A DNA stretch of 64,000 nt from Vermamoeba vermiformis. Lineage: Eukaryota. A program made the position numbers and the translations under genes. The notes under the pieces are model-generated. The model did no database searches. It was not told where the DNA came from and worked only from the letters and a program-made list of their open reading frames with translations. This document shows positions 51,405-64,000 of the stretch, piece after piece. The stretch lies in NCBI GenBank assembly GCA_045837725.1, contig JBEWZL010000209.1:248001-312000 (forward strand). Direction: 5' to 3'. The number at the start of each line of letters is the position of its first letter. The stretch's first letter is position 1.

Positions 51405-52840
51405 TTATTTTCGGTTGTTATTATTTTGTTTTTGCTTTTTCTTGCTGTACTTCTTAATTTCTCTGCCAACGTTTCGACGAGGCTATAAATAGAAATACGA
51501 TTAGTTTCAACTGAACTGAAATTTAGATCTGATGTGGTACACGTACTTTGGGTTGCTTGGTACCGCCCTTAACAGCAGGGAATATTCTGATCTTTCGGCC
51601 ACCAAATACAGTCTTCTCGCTCAGTTCAATCGCTTTGTTCATGTTATCTTCAGTCTAAAAGGACCATAATTAGCACGTGTCAAACTCATCACCTCGAAAA
51701 GTACCGAATATTTCGGTACACAAACGCGGATAATACTATTATTGTACTATAAGTAAGTACTTACAGTAAACTTAATATAGCCAAATCCTTTGCAGACTTT
51801 GTATTTTGGATCTCGAATAATTCTGACGTATTCGATTTCGCCGACTTCAGCTTCAAAATGCTTGCGAATAGTTTCTTCATTAGAGGCTATAAATACGTAA
51901 TATTAGCATACATTATATAATTTTGACTAGGCGATGCTTACAAATAGGAAGATTGCCAATAAAAACGCAGTTAGTTGTGTCTTCTTTTTTCTTCTCCTTA
52001 ACAGCTCTGTCCACTCGAATGTGATGCTCTTTAAATAAAGTGTTGTTTTCAGCGAGCGCTTTTTTGACTGATTCAACGTCCTTGTAGACTACATAAGCGT
52101 TCATAGTTTGAAGTTCATCGTGGAAATCTTTCTGCATCAACGAGAGCTTCTTCAATCTAATATTCGTATTAATATAGCGTTTGATAATAATTTGCACGAA
52201 ACTATTGGCCGAAACTAATAGTTTGAGTTGAGATCCAGATCACGATCGAGATAAATTTTTGTCGGTTAGATTAATTACCTGTCAGGGTTCTTGAACGCGA
52301 TATTTCTAAATCTGATACTTTCGATCTCGCCGTGCTTCTTGAATACACGTTGAAGTTCCTTTTTAGTCGTGGTGATCGGGATGTTGGAAACGAATACGGT
52401 CTGCTTATTTTTCTCTTCGTTTAATGCTTCACGTTCTTCGGGAGTCAGGCTCTATAATGGCGCGATCGAAATTAATAAACAAAATTTTGGGATAGAAATA
52501 ACTAATTTTGAATATCAGAATCTGGATTTACCTTTATTTTCTCCTTCTCCTTTTCTCTCTTTCTTCGCTTAGCCGCCTTAATATCCTCAGGATCGCTTTC
52601 TGCCTTTCGCTTACGTGATTGCTTCTCTCCGTCCTCTTCATTTTGGGATCCACTTTGCTCTTCCTGATCTTGCTCAGCGCTTTCATCAGCTTCCTCGGGA
52701 ACAATGCCCTCGGGAGTATCTAATTCAGCATAGGGCTTTTCAACTTCGGCCGAGGTCTTGGTTAAACCGAATACGTCGGTCAAATCCTTCTTGAGCAAAT
52801 CCTGATCTGCACCCTTGTATAAAAAGGAAGAAAGCGACAT
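51405..52840 (-). CDS. RBM34: RNA-binding protein 34 / Nop12 (two RRMs)
   Basis: [70 protein letters not shown]. Confidence 0.88.
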
Positions 52841-52952
52841 TGTTACTTCTTATGTCTATCGTTGGATTAATAGTTATTAAATGTTCTCCTGATTTTTTCA
52901 GGCAAAAACCGAAGCCTGCAAAAAAATTTGTTTTGTGCGATCAGATCACCAG

Positions 52953-55900
52953 ATGAGCGCTGCAGATCCAAGTTCAAAGAACAAAATGGCCTCAAAATCG
53001 CAAAAAAATAATACAGCAGACGCCTTAAAAGAGAAACGAAGAAAATTCGTGAAAGCCAAGTTACCCAAGAAACCGAATCCGCAATCAGATGCGCCGATCG
53101 TCAAACCAATATCAGAGACAGAAGAATTGTATAGTCCATTATCACCATGGTACGAGAATATGGAACGATTGAAGCCTATAAAGCCTCTCGATGAAGCAGC
53201 AAAAGTCGATCCCAAAATTATGGTGCAGTTGAAAGAGAAGGCTAGAAATTTATATGAAGAGCGCGTTAAGAAATTTGATAGAGGTAATTATTTTTTGCGC
53301 AATTTATTAGTCAAGTATAATCTATACGGGTGTCAAATCTGATTCAGATCGCATCTCTAAATTCAAAAATAGTAATTAAACACCAAAATAAGATACATCT
53401 TAATTTTTCATATTTCATAACAAAATTTAAACAAACTTAAACAACTAGACAATGTTGGATCGCGATCAATTTTATTTCCTAATTTTGTCGCTGCCAACTT
53501 GGGCACTAATTGATTTATTCTTAGAAACTGAGGGTGAGGGAGACACTGAATGGCTTCGTACCGTCTTGAAGTCCGGTACTGTAACGGATAAAATGGCAGC
53601 GATGACAATTCGACTTCAGAGATCCTCGTTCTATAGATTGAAGGTAAGCCCACGTTCTTATAAACCATAATATTCAAATAATAGTACGAGTCTATCAACA
53701 ACAATTGCTAACGTTTAATTATTCAGACGCTGGAACTTATGATGTCGCTTGCTCGTAAAAAAGGCCGCCGTGAGAGTCAAATGGCAATTGAAACGCTCAA
53801 AGACTTGTTCTTGAACAATTTTTTGCCTAGTGAGCGTAAATTAGTGTAAGTACATGTGTAAATATGAGCTGTTTCCGGATGGAGAAGATCGGATCCATTT
53901 TATTTGTTCCTCGTATTAATTGTGCCGTTCTAGTGCGTTCAACCGCCGTCCATTGACAGATAAGGCCGTTACAGACGACCACTTAATATTTTGGTATTAT
54001 GAAGACGCGATTAAAACTCGTTACGCGGAGTACTTGCGACTTTTAGAGGTACGTCAACAAAAATATTAGAGCAATAGAAAAATCTCCTAATTATTTATCT
54101 TTAGCTCGGTTCTCACGACGCCTTGTTACATTTCAAAGAAAAAGTCGTCAAAGCCGCATTCGAGCTGCTCTTGGAAAAACCGGAAGGCGAACAAATTTTG
54201 CTTGCTATTCTCATTAACAAATTGGTACGATAATATCATATACATTTCATTTATCTATAGTTACTAATTTTCATGTTATTAGGGAGACAAAGAGCGAAAG
54301 TTGTCCTCGAAGGTCGTGTACTTGATGAACTTGCTCTTGATGAAACATCCTCAAATGAAATTAGTCATTGCCAAGGAAGTTGAAACATTCTTGCATCGTC
54401 CTAATATCCCTCCTAAGGCTCAGTAAGTATTTTAGAAATCACTTCTAACGTCCTCAAATTAACACTTTAAATTAGGTACTACGCTATTATTTTCTTGAAT
54501 CAAATGGTCCTCAACAAATCTAGCGTGGAAGTGTCGCGAAAGTTGATCAATATTTACTTCTCAATGTTCAAGATCTTCGTGGAGCACAAGGGTGACGTCG
54601 AAAGCAAAATGTTGTCGGCACTTTTGACAGGTGTCAACCGCGCGTTCCCGTTTGCTACATTGGATGCCAAGGCGTAACCTAGATACTACTCGGGACCTAT
54701 AATAACAACGTCTAATTACTATTGTTATTAGATTTGAAGATCAAATGGATATGCTGTTCAGATTGGTCCACGTCGCAACATTCAACAAAGCCGTTCAAGC
54801 TTTATTGCTTATTTACCAAGTTATGTCTGCTCAAGACGTATGTATTGAACGCATTATATCATAATAGGATAGGGATATTAATGTTTTTTTCATAGTTTGT
54901 AACGGATCGCTTCTACCGCGCTCTTTACGATATCTTGCTGCACAAGGATCTCTTCAAATCATCCAAGCAAACTATGTTCCTCAACGTACTCTACAAAACA
55001 CTCAAGAACGATAATAATTTGGCTCGAACAGTCGCCATTATTAAGCGTTTAATGCAAGTCTGCTTGATCCAAAAAGCGCCGTTTGTTTGCGGTACTTTAT
55101 TCTTGCTTTCAGAGGTATGTTATGCACTTATTAACAAAAATTAGAAAATTTCGGACGCCAAAAGTTAGTCCCATATTAAAATTTTACCTCAGCGATGCGA
55201 TGGCATAAGAAAATTTTTTGGTATTAAAATTCGAGTTATTTGATTTTAAAAAGGGCCGCAAATTCTAATCTCTCGACCACTCCATTGGTCAATTCAATGA
55301 GAGCGTTAGCCAGACACGGTCCGATATCCATTTTATTTAAAGATTATACGGTTGGTTTATATCGAGCTTACTTTTCTTTTTTTAGGTAATCAAGCTCAAG
55401 CCAGAGTTGAAGCAATTTATTTCCGAGGCTCCTAAAGACTCTGAGGAGTTCAATAAGTACGCTCAAGCAGTTTTGGATTTCATCGAAGGAGAGTACAAAA
55501 AGGAGAATCCGGATGCAGTTTTCTCTGACGAGAAAGTTCTTGCTGCTGGTGGTTCTTCTAACGCTAACGATGGCGAAGAAGACGAAGACAATGAAAATAA
55601 TGAGGACAACGAAGAAAATGACGGATCTGAGTCAAGCGATGCTGAAATGAATGGCGATCTCGAACTTAACTTGGACGGAAAGAAGGACAATAAGACTAAG
55701 CATATTATCCCTAAAGATAGCATTGAACTGTTGCACGAAGCTCAAGCTAAGCAGAAACAAGAAGAAGAAGAGGCCTCGCGTAACGAAGAAAACTCCGAAA
55801 AAGAAGACGGATCCAACAAAAAGCCTCAAGTCCCTCATTTCAACGACGAGTACTTGTCGTCAATGGACTGGACGAAAGTTGGAAAGTTGCCGTTGTCTTC

Positions 55901-57399
55901 ATACGACCCAATCAAGCGTGAGCCTCGCTTCGTTAACTCCGAAGCAAGCTGTTTCTACGAACTCGTAAGTTATAATTAATTGGCTGATATGACCTATCTC
56001 TAATGTTATTTTATATAGAACGCACTTGGTCAACATATTCACCCTTCAGTAGCGAAATTTGCTAATTATTTATTGGCCGGCGAAGACGTTCTTTACGAGG
56101 TTTGTACTGGAATTAATTTTTCTTAGAATAATATTTAAAATTGTTTCAATTAGGGCGATCCTATCACTGACTTCAGTTTGACATCTTTCTTGGACCGATT
56201 CAGTTATAAGAAACCTAAGAAAGAGCCCAAGGTTGGATCCGGATCTGCTATGCAGCCTACTCACATTCGCCGTGTTGATATTGAACACCCTGTAAATAGT
56301 CAAGAGTTTTTGAACCAAAAAGAGCACGAAATTTCCGAGCAAGACGTACGTAGTCAGATCAAGATCTTTACGCGTAGCGGATTCTGACGTTCTTTGAATT
56401 GAAGGTTTTCTTCTACAAATATTTCAAGATGAAGGAAGAGACGGACCCTGAAGCTTCAAATAAGAAAAAGCAACAAAAGAAGAAGAGATCCGAAGAAGAC
56501 AGCGACGCTGAAGAAGCGGATGAAGGCGAAGACGAAGTTGAAGGAGAAGATGAAGAGCTTGAAGGTACAGCGCATATTAATATGAAGCTTTAGCGTCATT
56601 TGTACTAATATTTATTATTTTTTTTAGCTGCAGGCGGTGACGACGACGATATTGGTAGCTTCGAGGAAGTTGATGACGACGAAGCAGATGATTTCTTGAA
56701 GAAACAGATGGGCGTCTTAGAAGAAAACGGCGATGAAGACATTGCTGACTTGGAGGATAACGGCGATTCATTCGAGGTACAGATCTGCACTTTCCTTTTT
56801 AGGAAAATTTCATTTTTTTTTGTTACGTTCGTCCAAGAATAGCCAATTAATTCTTACAATAGGGCGATTTTGACTATGATGACCTTGATAATGCTAGTTT
56901 CGACGAAGATAGCGATGAAATTGCTGATCCGTCCGACAAACACCTCGAAAAAGTTTTGAAGGACGAGTACTCCGATGATGAAGGCGGAGATGATAACGAG
57001 CTCATGGAAGGCGATGAAGATAACGAAGGCGATATGGAGAACGACGAGTTTGATGATGACGATGACGACGGCATTATGGGCGAGTTGTTAGAAGACGATC
57101 TGATGGACGGCGTCGATGACGATGACGAAGAAGAAGAACAAATGTCGAACAGACAACGCAAGAAGTTGCAACAACGCGGTGGCATCAAATTGAAGACCGG
57201 ATCTACTTTCGCATCCGCTGACGAGTTTGCGGATCTGTTGCTTAATAATGAAAGCAATTCTAAGCAAGCTGCTTGGGAAGAAGGAAATTGGAGGAAAAAA
57301 TCAAATTATTCGGGACAGAAGCGAAAGGCTGGTGGTGGTGGCAAGAAGGGCCCTGCAGGCGGTCGCAAAGGCGGTAATAAACGTCAACGAAGAGGTTGA
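52953..57399 (+). CDS. CEBPZ: CCAAT/enhancer-binding protein zeta / Mak21 / Noc1 (60S biogenesis)
   Basis: SGTVTDKMAAM, KPEGEQILLAILINKL|GD, HPQMKLVI, SKMLSALLTGVNRAFPF, DRFYRALY, YDPIKREPRF, HIHPSV, FLDRFSYKKPK, FFYKYF, STFASADEFADLL. Confidence 0.95.
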
Positions 57400-57888
57400 T
57401 CAAAGAACTTTTTGCTAACAAAATAATAAACAAACAAAATCAAACCCTTGTGCAGGCTCTTTAAAACTACAGCTTACAGTAAGTTTATTCTTCATTTGGT
57501 AACTGCATCAAGAAGTTTTGCATTGTGCCTTTTGATGTTGTTTGGTTTTCTTCTTTTTGTTTTGAATTATCGTGGAATCATCATTATCTGAAATTGAATT
57601 TGCAGCTGCCAAAACAATTAACTGCAATAGTTCATCAACATTAGTGTAGTTGTGTGCCGATACTTAAATGCAGTTATCATGTTGGTACTTTAGAAAATAA
57701 GTAAAGTAAGAATTCCGATTAGAGGAGAAGTATCTTACTTGAGTATAATACCAGCCGCTGTCTTCAGTTTCCAGAATATCGAGTTGCTGCGGAATCGCTG
57801 AATTTTTTAAAAACGATAAATTGCTTTATAATAGCTATTTAGTACAGTATTTATCTGTTATCAGGTAATGCGATCGCTATTATCATAA

Positions 57889-59079
57889 TTATTTAGCGTT
57901 GTATTGGCTCGGGAAGGTAAATTGATGTTGTCCCTTGGTTTGAGTCAACAAAACACCAGCGACGGGCATAATATTATAGTTAACAGTAATATTAGCTGGA
58001 GTACCCCTAAATATACCATCTATATTAATATCAAGCCAATCAATTATTTTAACAGCGAAAAAAATTGATTCAATTTCAAGGATCGGATCTCGATCTCGCT
58101 AAATTTGTCGTACAGCGTCTCTTATTATGTATATGATACTACGTACTTCAAGTGGTATCCTTTGTCCAACAGAGGATATTCGCATCGAATGTTGGTCTTG
58201 TTAATGAGAGCGTTTTGTTTAGTTTGAATAATCGCGTCCCAAATTGTTGCTTCGTTGATTTTCTACGAGAAATAATCAATTAATTTCGCAGAAAAAGAAA
58301 TAATAATTAATTAAAAGAATGAGAAGACTCGCAGCAGATCCAGATCTAAATGCACGATTGCTTAAAGAAAATTAATATTTATAAATATATTTAAATGTCA
58401 ATTTATAAAGCTGCGATTATCGGTGAATTTAAAAGCGCTAAATGAAGGTGGATCTAGTCGATTTTTTGAAAAATTCGAATGTCGTTGTCTTATACTTACA
58501 AAATCACTAGATTCATATTGAACAGTAACATATACAAATAATTGCTTAGTGTTCCAAGTCCAAAGAGGTCGCAAATCAGCGTTGAGGTCAAACGAGATCC
58601 ACGCTTGATCACCGACCACATTATTTCCCCAAACGCTGCCTGCACGTCTGTAATAACGATGAATATTAATTGTATTGCACGATAGATATTTAAATTCCAA
58701 TTAAATGCAAGATATAAGATCTGCAAAAAAAACATGATATTTTTTATGCCACGTCAACAGTTAAATTTAAATAAATTATAGTCGGTGTGATTAAATGTTA
58801 CTATTGATATTTCAGCAGAAAATAATTTTAATAATGACGTGGCTATTTAACACAAAATTTTTCGTCCAAGATCTAAGATTATTGCTTAGCTTGGTTTCGC
58901 TTACGATATTCTATTATTGCAATATATACTTACAAATGATCTACATTATGGAGCTTGATTGAGACACTAGGCTCTTGCATCATAAAAAATCCTGTGAATG
59001 CGTTGAACGCAGTAGCTACGAATAGTACAGTTACTGCATAGCCAAATATGGCATTAGCTCTATTATATACACTGTTCAT
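57889..59079 (-). CDS. SPCS3: Signal peptidase complex subunit 3 (SPC22/23)
   Basis: MNSVYNRANAIF; FDLNADLRPLWTWNTKQLFVYVTVQY; NEATIWDAII; YPLLDKGYHLK; YNIMPVAGVL. Confidence 0.93.
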
Positions 59080-59258
59080 TGTGATCGCTTGGGGAAATAA
59101 TGAAACAAAACTGATCAGCCAAAAGTTGGTCTGCCAGCCTAAAACAGTCTCAAGGCGGAAATTTTAAAAGGAAACTGACCAATCAGAAGTAAGTTTGACG
59201 GAAAAAACTATCAAAGGAAGAGAGAATCTTTTTAATTCTTCATTTGACACTTACAGTA

Positions 59259-59816
59259 ATGCACGCAACATATTTATTAGCGATTCTACTATCGATATTA
59301 ATTTATCGCTCGACTGGACAATCAGAAACAGCCAACTTTTGTTCAAGTTTCAGTTACTGCGCTACTTGCACCCATAATGGTCGGGGTGCTTGTGGGTGGT
59401 GCCTGGATTTACAGAACTCACCTACAGAATATGCGTGCATGATTAAACCCCGAAATTACGACACTAATTATAATTGCTCAAGAATCTGTCCGACGAATTA
59501 TTTCAAGTTGTGGTGCTCGACTTTCAGATGGGTCGTTGGTGGATTTACAGTTTGTCTAGCAATTAGCTTCTTTATAATTGCAGGAGTGCGATGTGCCAAG
59601 AAGGTCAAAGTATACGATGGGCCACGGTATGAACTCATGGTTGATGGCGAAACTGTTGGAGTTATAAGACCTGAAGGCTACACGTGCCGCTCCCTTCGTA
59701 CCCCAGGAGTGCTTCTTGTACTTTTCGGGATATTTCTTATTGCTGGAGGCATTTTAATTATGCTCTTGGCTAACGACTATGTAGTGACACTTTGTACAGT
59801 CGAGTCCCTAGAATAA
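59259..59816 (+). CDS. PSI-domain membrane protein (signal peptide, PSI-like Cys module, two TM helices)
   Basis: CSSFSYCATCTH..ACGWC PSI-like pattern after a hydrophobic leader; two further hydrophobic segments; single exon. Confidence 0.65.
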   Translation: MHATYLLAILLSILIYRSTGQSETANFCSSFSYCATCTHNGRGACGWCLDLQNSPTEYACMIKPRNYDTNYNCSRICPTNYFKLWCSTFRWVVGGFTVCLAISFFIIAGVRCAKKVKVYDGPRYELMVDGETVGVIRPEGYTCRSLRTPGVLLVLFGIFLIAGGILIMLLANDYVVTLCTVESLE

Positions 59817-59908
59817 AATCACTGATCGCGACCTTTAAATGTTAAAATAGAGGTTTAATGGCTATACTACATCAATAAATAAGTTTAAAATAAATAATAA
59901 ATAAGGTT

Positions 59909-61279
59909 CTATTCGTAGTCTTCTTCCACGACGTCGCCAGTTCTTGTCAGATGCACCGCTACGTCATGTCTGGATTCGAGTCGCAGCAATTCGCTGATTG
60001 AAGTGAGCTTATAGAGGCCAGGTTGCACTCTAAACACCTCAATGAGGTCTTTTCTATCCAATCCTCGTTCTTCAAAGTCGTTGTAGTCCATAATTACGAT
60101 ACTAGAGCAATCCAGTACGCTCGGCATTCTAGCTCGTTTTCTAGGAACAAATTTCTTCGTTCTGCGTGCCTTCCTTTTCTTAGAACTGCTCGTACTAGCC
60201 GCGTCTGAAGCACCGCCAGCGTTACTTTCAGTTTCGTCGTTTTCAATTTGAGAAGGCTCTTCTTCCGCATCCGGTTCAGGTTGTTGATAGAGTCCAATTT
60301 TAACGTCATTATCTGCTATCCAAGTACGATAGCCTGGGTCCTATAAATGGCTATAAGTAAGCACATCCATGTTTAGTAGATCGAGCCAATCTTACCAAGT
60401 TTAGTACAAAGACTTGTTTCTTGGTTGCACTAGTCTTTTTAGTAACTAATTGACTAACTTCATATGTAAATCCGACCGTGGGAGCTTCAAATTGCTTTAT
60501 TTCTTCGACTAGTGAAAACTCAGCTGTTAGATCCAGTACTTTTGACTGATTTTCTACTTACTATCATCAACTGTCATATAGTGCGACCCCATATTGTTGT
60601 CGCGGACGATAGCAACTCTACCTGATACGATATTCAATTCGACTACGACGGGCTCTAAGGCTGCATCAGTTCGGTTAGATCCGTGCGTGCAGAGGGTTTT
60701 TCAATACACTTACTCAGTGTAGAACACTTAGTAGTAGCTCTTATTATGCTTCCATTGGTTTCATATGATAAGAACTGAGAGCATTTATAGCACAAGTCGT
60801 CATTGAAGCCTTTTTTTGAGACCGCATCTTCGAGATCGAACTTGAAAAAGTCCGCAGAAGACTAAATTAACGTTCACAAAATTAGTAGGTGCGTTATGTT
60901 ACATTATCTAGGTTTTTTAGCCGTTTCCCGACAACGTACCTTGTTGCGGATCGCTTTTAAAGCTTTTTGAATAGAGGCGAGTTTCTTTGCCTGAAGCTCG
61001 GGAGGCATGGTCATCAATGCATTAATTTGATTAATACTAACGGCTAAAGGTGTATTAGAACTGTAATTACGGAAAGGTAAAAGTAATTTCAGAAGTAAAT
61101 TTTCCGGTTCGGATAAATTATTTACTTTGGTGAATGTAATGGTCGGCATCATAATGCTTATGATTGGGAATGTGGTGCTCGTTGAGATCAATCGAAATAT
61201 ATTTTTCGTTGGATTTTAAAGTTGAGACGATCTGATCGACAAGCTTGTGCGGGTTTTGGTTGCTGAATACTGTTCCCAT
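59909..61279 (-). CDS. Hypothetical multi-exon protein with a basic NLS-like segment
   Basis: Start MGTVFSNQ; several GT-AG introns; last exon DPGYRTW...SKKRKARRTKKFVPRKRARMPSVLD...EEDYE*. Confidence 0.5.
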
Positions 61280-61456
61280 GATGACAAAAAATATATGGTA
61301 TCGATTGTGCTTGCTACTATGCCGATAATCGTTAAGATTCGGTGGTCGAATCAATGGAAGATTTTGTTTTTTTGCGCGGGAAGTCAATTTGTTCTGAATC
61401 AAGCGAAGGCGATCAAGGAACTTTGAACAATGATGTAAAAAAGTTTGGTCATGAGT

Positions 61457-64000
61457 TTATTTTTTGTTTTCCCGAAGCTTGGTCAAATCGGCGCTAGGAA
61501 TTTTGGTGATCAAATCATCGATGAACTCTGGCGGTAGCTTGTCCCTCTTAAGCTTCTTCATGATAGGTCTAATGGCCCCAGAGCCTTTACTAGCCCCCAG
61601 CTTGAGGTACGCTTGTCGTTCTTTCATCACTTGACATGTCATCCGGTATTTTGTTGGATCTTCAATTGACTCCTGTAACTTCACATTAGCGACTTCTGCA
61701 CTGGTTATTGTAGCTCCTTTCGATAAGAGGTATTCAACGACTTGATCATTGGAGTAGAACGATGTTTGTGCCATTAAAAGCAACGAGTTTTGTTTGTTGT
61801 CGGTAAAATTGACGTCAAAGCCAAGTGTCTCGATCAAAAGCGTTGTTAACTGAAGATCGACGGTGAATAGCGACAGTTCTCTGCTCAAATCTTTGTCGCT
61901 GTTGTTGTTAAAGTACTCGTCAATCTCGCTTTTGATGAATGCGAAGTTCTCTGGTGTTGCGTACTGCTTACAAACATCAATGATGTTATATTTTGTACTA
62001 GAAGTGTCATTTGAAGTGTCGTTAGATTCACTGCCATTCTTAGAACCTACAAACTACATTAGCGGAATGGAATTTCTCGAACATTAAATCGTACTTGGGA
62101 ATGCTGTTGCCAATTGTGCAGGAGAAAACTGGAGTAAGTAGTGCATGAAGGATTGATCCGCTTTGTTTTTGTGGCGAATGTTGACTTTGCCGCTTGCAAG
62201 AAGTGTCAGAATTATTTGACACGTGTAATCGTCGCACCATGACGACGGATCCAAGAGCATCAGTAAAGGTGTCATATGCATCATTGACTCGTAGGCATTG
62301 ACATCTGCACCGCATTCAATCATTGTTTTGATCTCCATTTCTTCATCGGAGTTGAGCACCGCACGATGAAGTGGCGTTTGACCGACCTTGTTCTGAGCAT
62401 TGATGTCAATATGCCTTGACAGGTATCGGATCAAATCAAGTATATTTTCCAGCACAACGCCGTCATTATTAATGTCGCCTCTATTTGGGAACAGTGCGTG
62501 CAATAGCGTGTTGCCGGCATTGTCGATAATATCGAGTCTCGCACCGTGCGACACGAGCACTTGAACAAGTTCCACTGGCGCACCACATCGAACAGCTGTG
62601 TTCATGGGATAGGTTAATCGACCCTTTGCATCGTAGTCACGATTGTTGACATCTGCGCCATGCAGCAGTAGTGAGAACATGGCTTGTGATGCGAATTCTC
62701 GGTCTGAAAGTGACAAACATAAGCAGAGTGGATTGACGGTGTTTCCAGCTATATTTGGATCGGCGCCATGTTCTAAAAGCGTATCAACAGATGAAATACT
62801 TTGTGCGAGGATTGCTGAAATTAACGGGGTATTGTCGTTCTTGTCGGGCTTGTTAATATCAATCTGCAAACCTTCTAAGATGTCCTCGAAATCTCCTCCC
62901 AGTTCTATTAGGTACGTTAATACTGATTGGCCTTTTTCGTTGTAAACTTCGTCGAGTGGGATCTTCACTTCTTCAATAAATTGTTGGAGCTGTTTTACTT
63001 CCATTGCTAAGAGAAAGCGAAATAAAAACTTCGTGGCGAAATCTTTTGGTATGATATCTTTGATGGATTGGTAGCCTTTCATGAAGACCGGAAATAATAA
63101 ACCAATATAATCGGATTCGAATGAAATCTCCACCCCACGTTGGACTAATGCTAGCCAAACAGGATAATTCTCTATAGCATAACTCGCAAAATTATATTCT
63201 CCTTCTTTGGCTGGCCTCAGTAATCTCTCTTCTCCAAAAATGTCGACCAGATCTTCGTACGACGGCGCTTTTTGAACTATTCTTTTGATGTCAACGCTAA
63301 ATAATTGATCCAACTCTTCTTTCGGAAATTGCATTAGAACTTCTTTAACGGAGTTGAAGTCGAATTCTCCTTTGACCAAAGTACTACATAAATTCTGCGG
63401 CGTTGAGTTTTGTGGATTTGACACCAAACCGAACTTCTCTAATAAATCCAGAATGTTGTTTGAGGCTTTATGAGTCCATTTCAAGTTCCACGACCAGGTG
63501 TACACAAGCGTTGGAAACACAAACTGACGGGATCTTTCTGAAAAAGACTCTTCGTATTCTGCGGTGATGTAACCGTGCTTTTCTAAGAATCGTTGAGGTA
63601 CTCCCATGTCTCTATAACTATAAAGCTCCTTAATTGGCGTGTCCACGTGAGTTGAAATAATGTGAGTACGAAGTTCCTTGGAGATCGAAGATCAGGTAAT
63701 GTTGATGAGGAAATCTGCAATTAACTTGAACTCCGAGGGCTTTGCCATACTCCTCGAGCTTTTTCCAGTCTTCTTCGGCCTCTTCCTTCTTGGCATATGA
63801 AGAGGTCTGATTTACGTATAAAGTCTTTAATAACGGAAACATTGTCGTGGTCCAACTGAGGCTTTCAACGTTCTTAGGCAATTTATCGATCACTATTTCG
63901 AGTTCTCTAACTTTATCCGAGATATATTCTGGATTATTGAGGTCGACACCGGTTGGTAGATTTCCACGGAGCAAGGTCAGCTGTTTTACGTTCGGGAATA
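61457..64000 (-). CDS. Ankyrin-repeat protein (5' end beyond the window)
   Basis: DINKPDKNDNTPLISAI...LLEHGADPN, LLLHGADVN, GNTLLHA, INAQNKVGQTPLHRAV, GADVNA..MTPLL. The three track ORFs join via two short introns. Confidence 0.85.

Noticed and set aside
63630-63725. Apparent frameshift between ORFs 63974-63630 and 63646-62084 in the ankyrin gene
   Set aside because: A 49-nt intron (gttaat...ctgat...ccaag) joins them in frame (VQ|ELRTH). The 62084/61888 break is likewise a canonical gtacga...tgtag intron.
1-64000. tRNA or rRNA genes
   Set aside because: No T-loop GTTCRA in a cloverleaf context and no rRNA-like segment were recognised by eye; tRNAscan-SE/Infernal were not run.

Overview
Gene-dense, intron-rich eukaryotic nuclear DNA with short GT-AG introns, CTAA[CT]-type branch points and the standard genetic code. 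The gene set (TKL kinase, hybrid histidine kinase, S41 peptidase, GPI-type surface proteins, a selenoprotein) suggests a free-living protist, possibly an amoebozoan; this is inference. About 30 genes were read by hand-splicing. Housekeeping genes: OGDH (runs off the window start), PDX1/PDX2 head-to-head, an EPL1-PHD-ePHD chromatin scaffold, ZNHIT2, RBM34/CEBPZ head-to-head, SPCS3 and a TMEM223-like gene. Highlights the ORF track misses: (1) an Rdx/SelW-family selenoprotein with an in-frame UGA in an unusual CxxxU motif and a well-formed SECIS in its 3' UTR; (2) an 82-aa microprotein made only of a cortactin/HS1-type N-terminal acidic (DDW) Arp2/3-binding segment; (3) a tandem array of four 10-Cys, dibasic-site, GPI-type surface proteins with variable mature domains and stalk lengths, interleaved with copied fragments of the neighbouring surface-protein gene; (4) a hybrid histidine kinase lacking its phospho-His and a Nudix protein lacking its catalytic glutamates; (5) intronic TGACA-palindrome clusters and GATC clusters. 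No tRNA, rRNA, CRISPR array or autonomous transposon was recognised. All exon boundaries are manual predictions.
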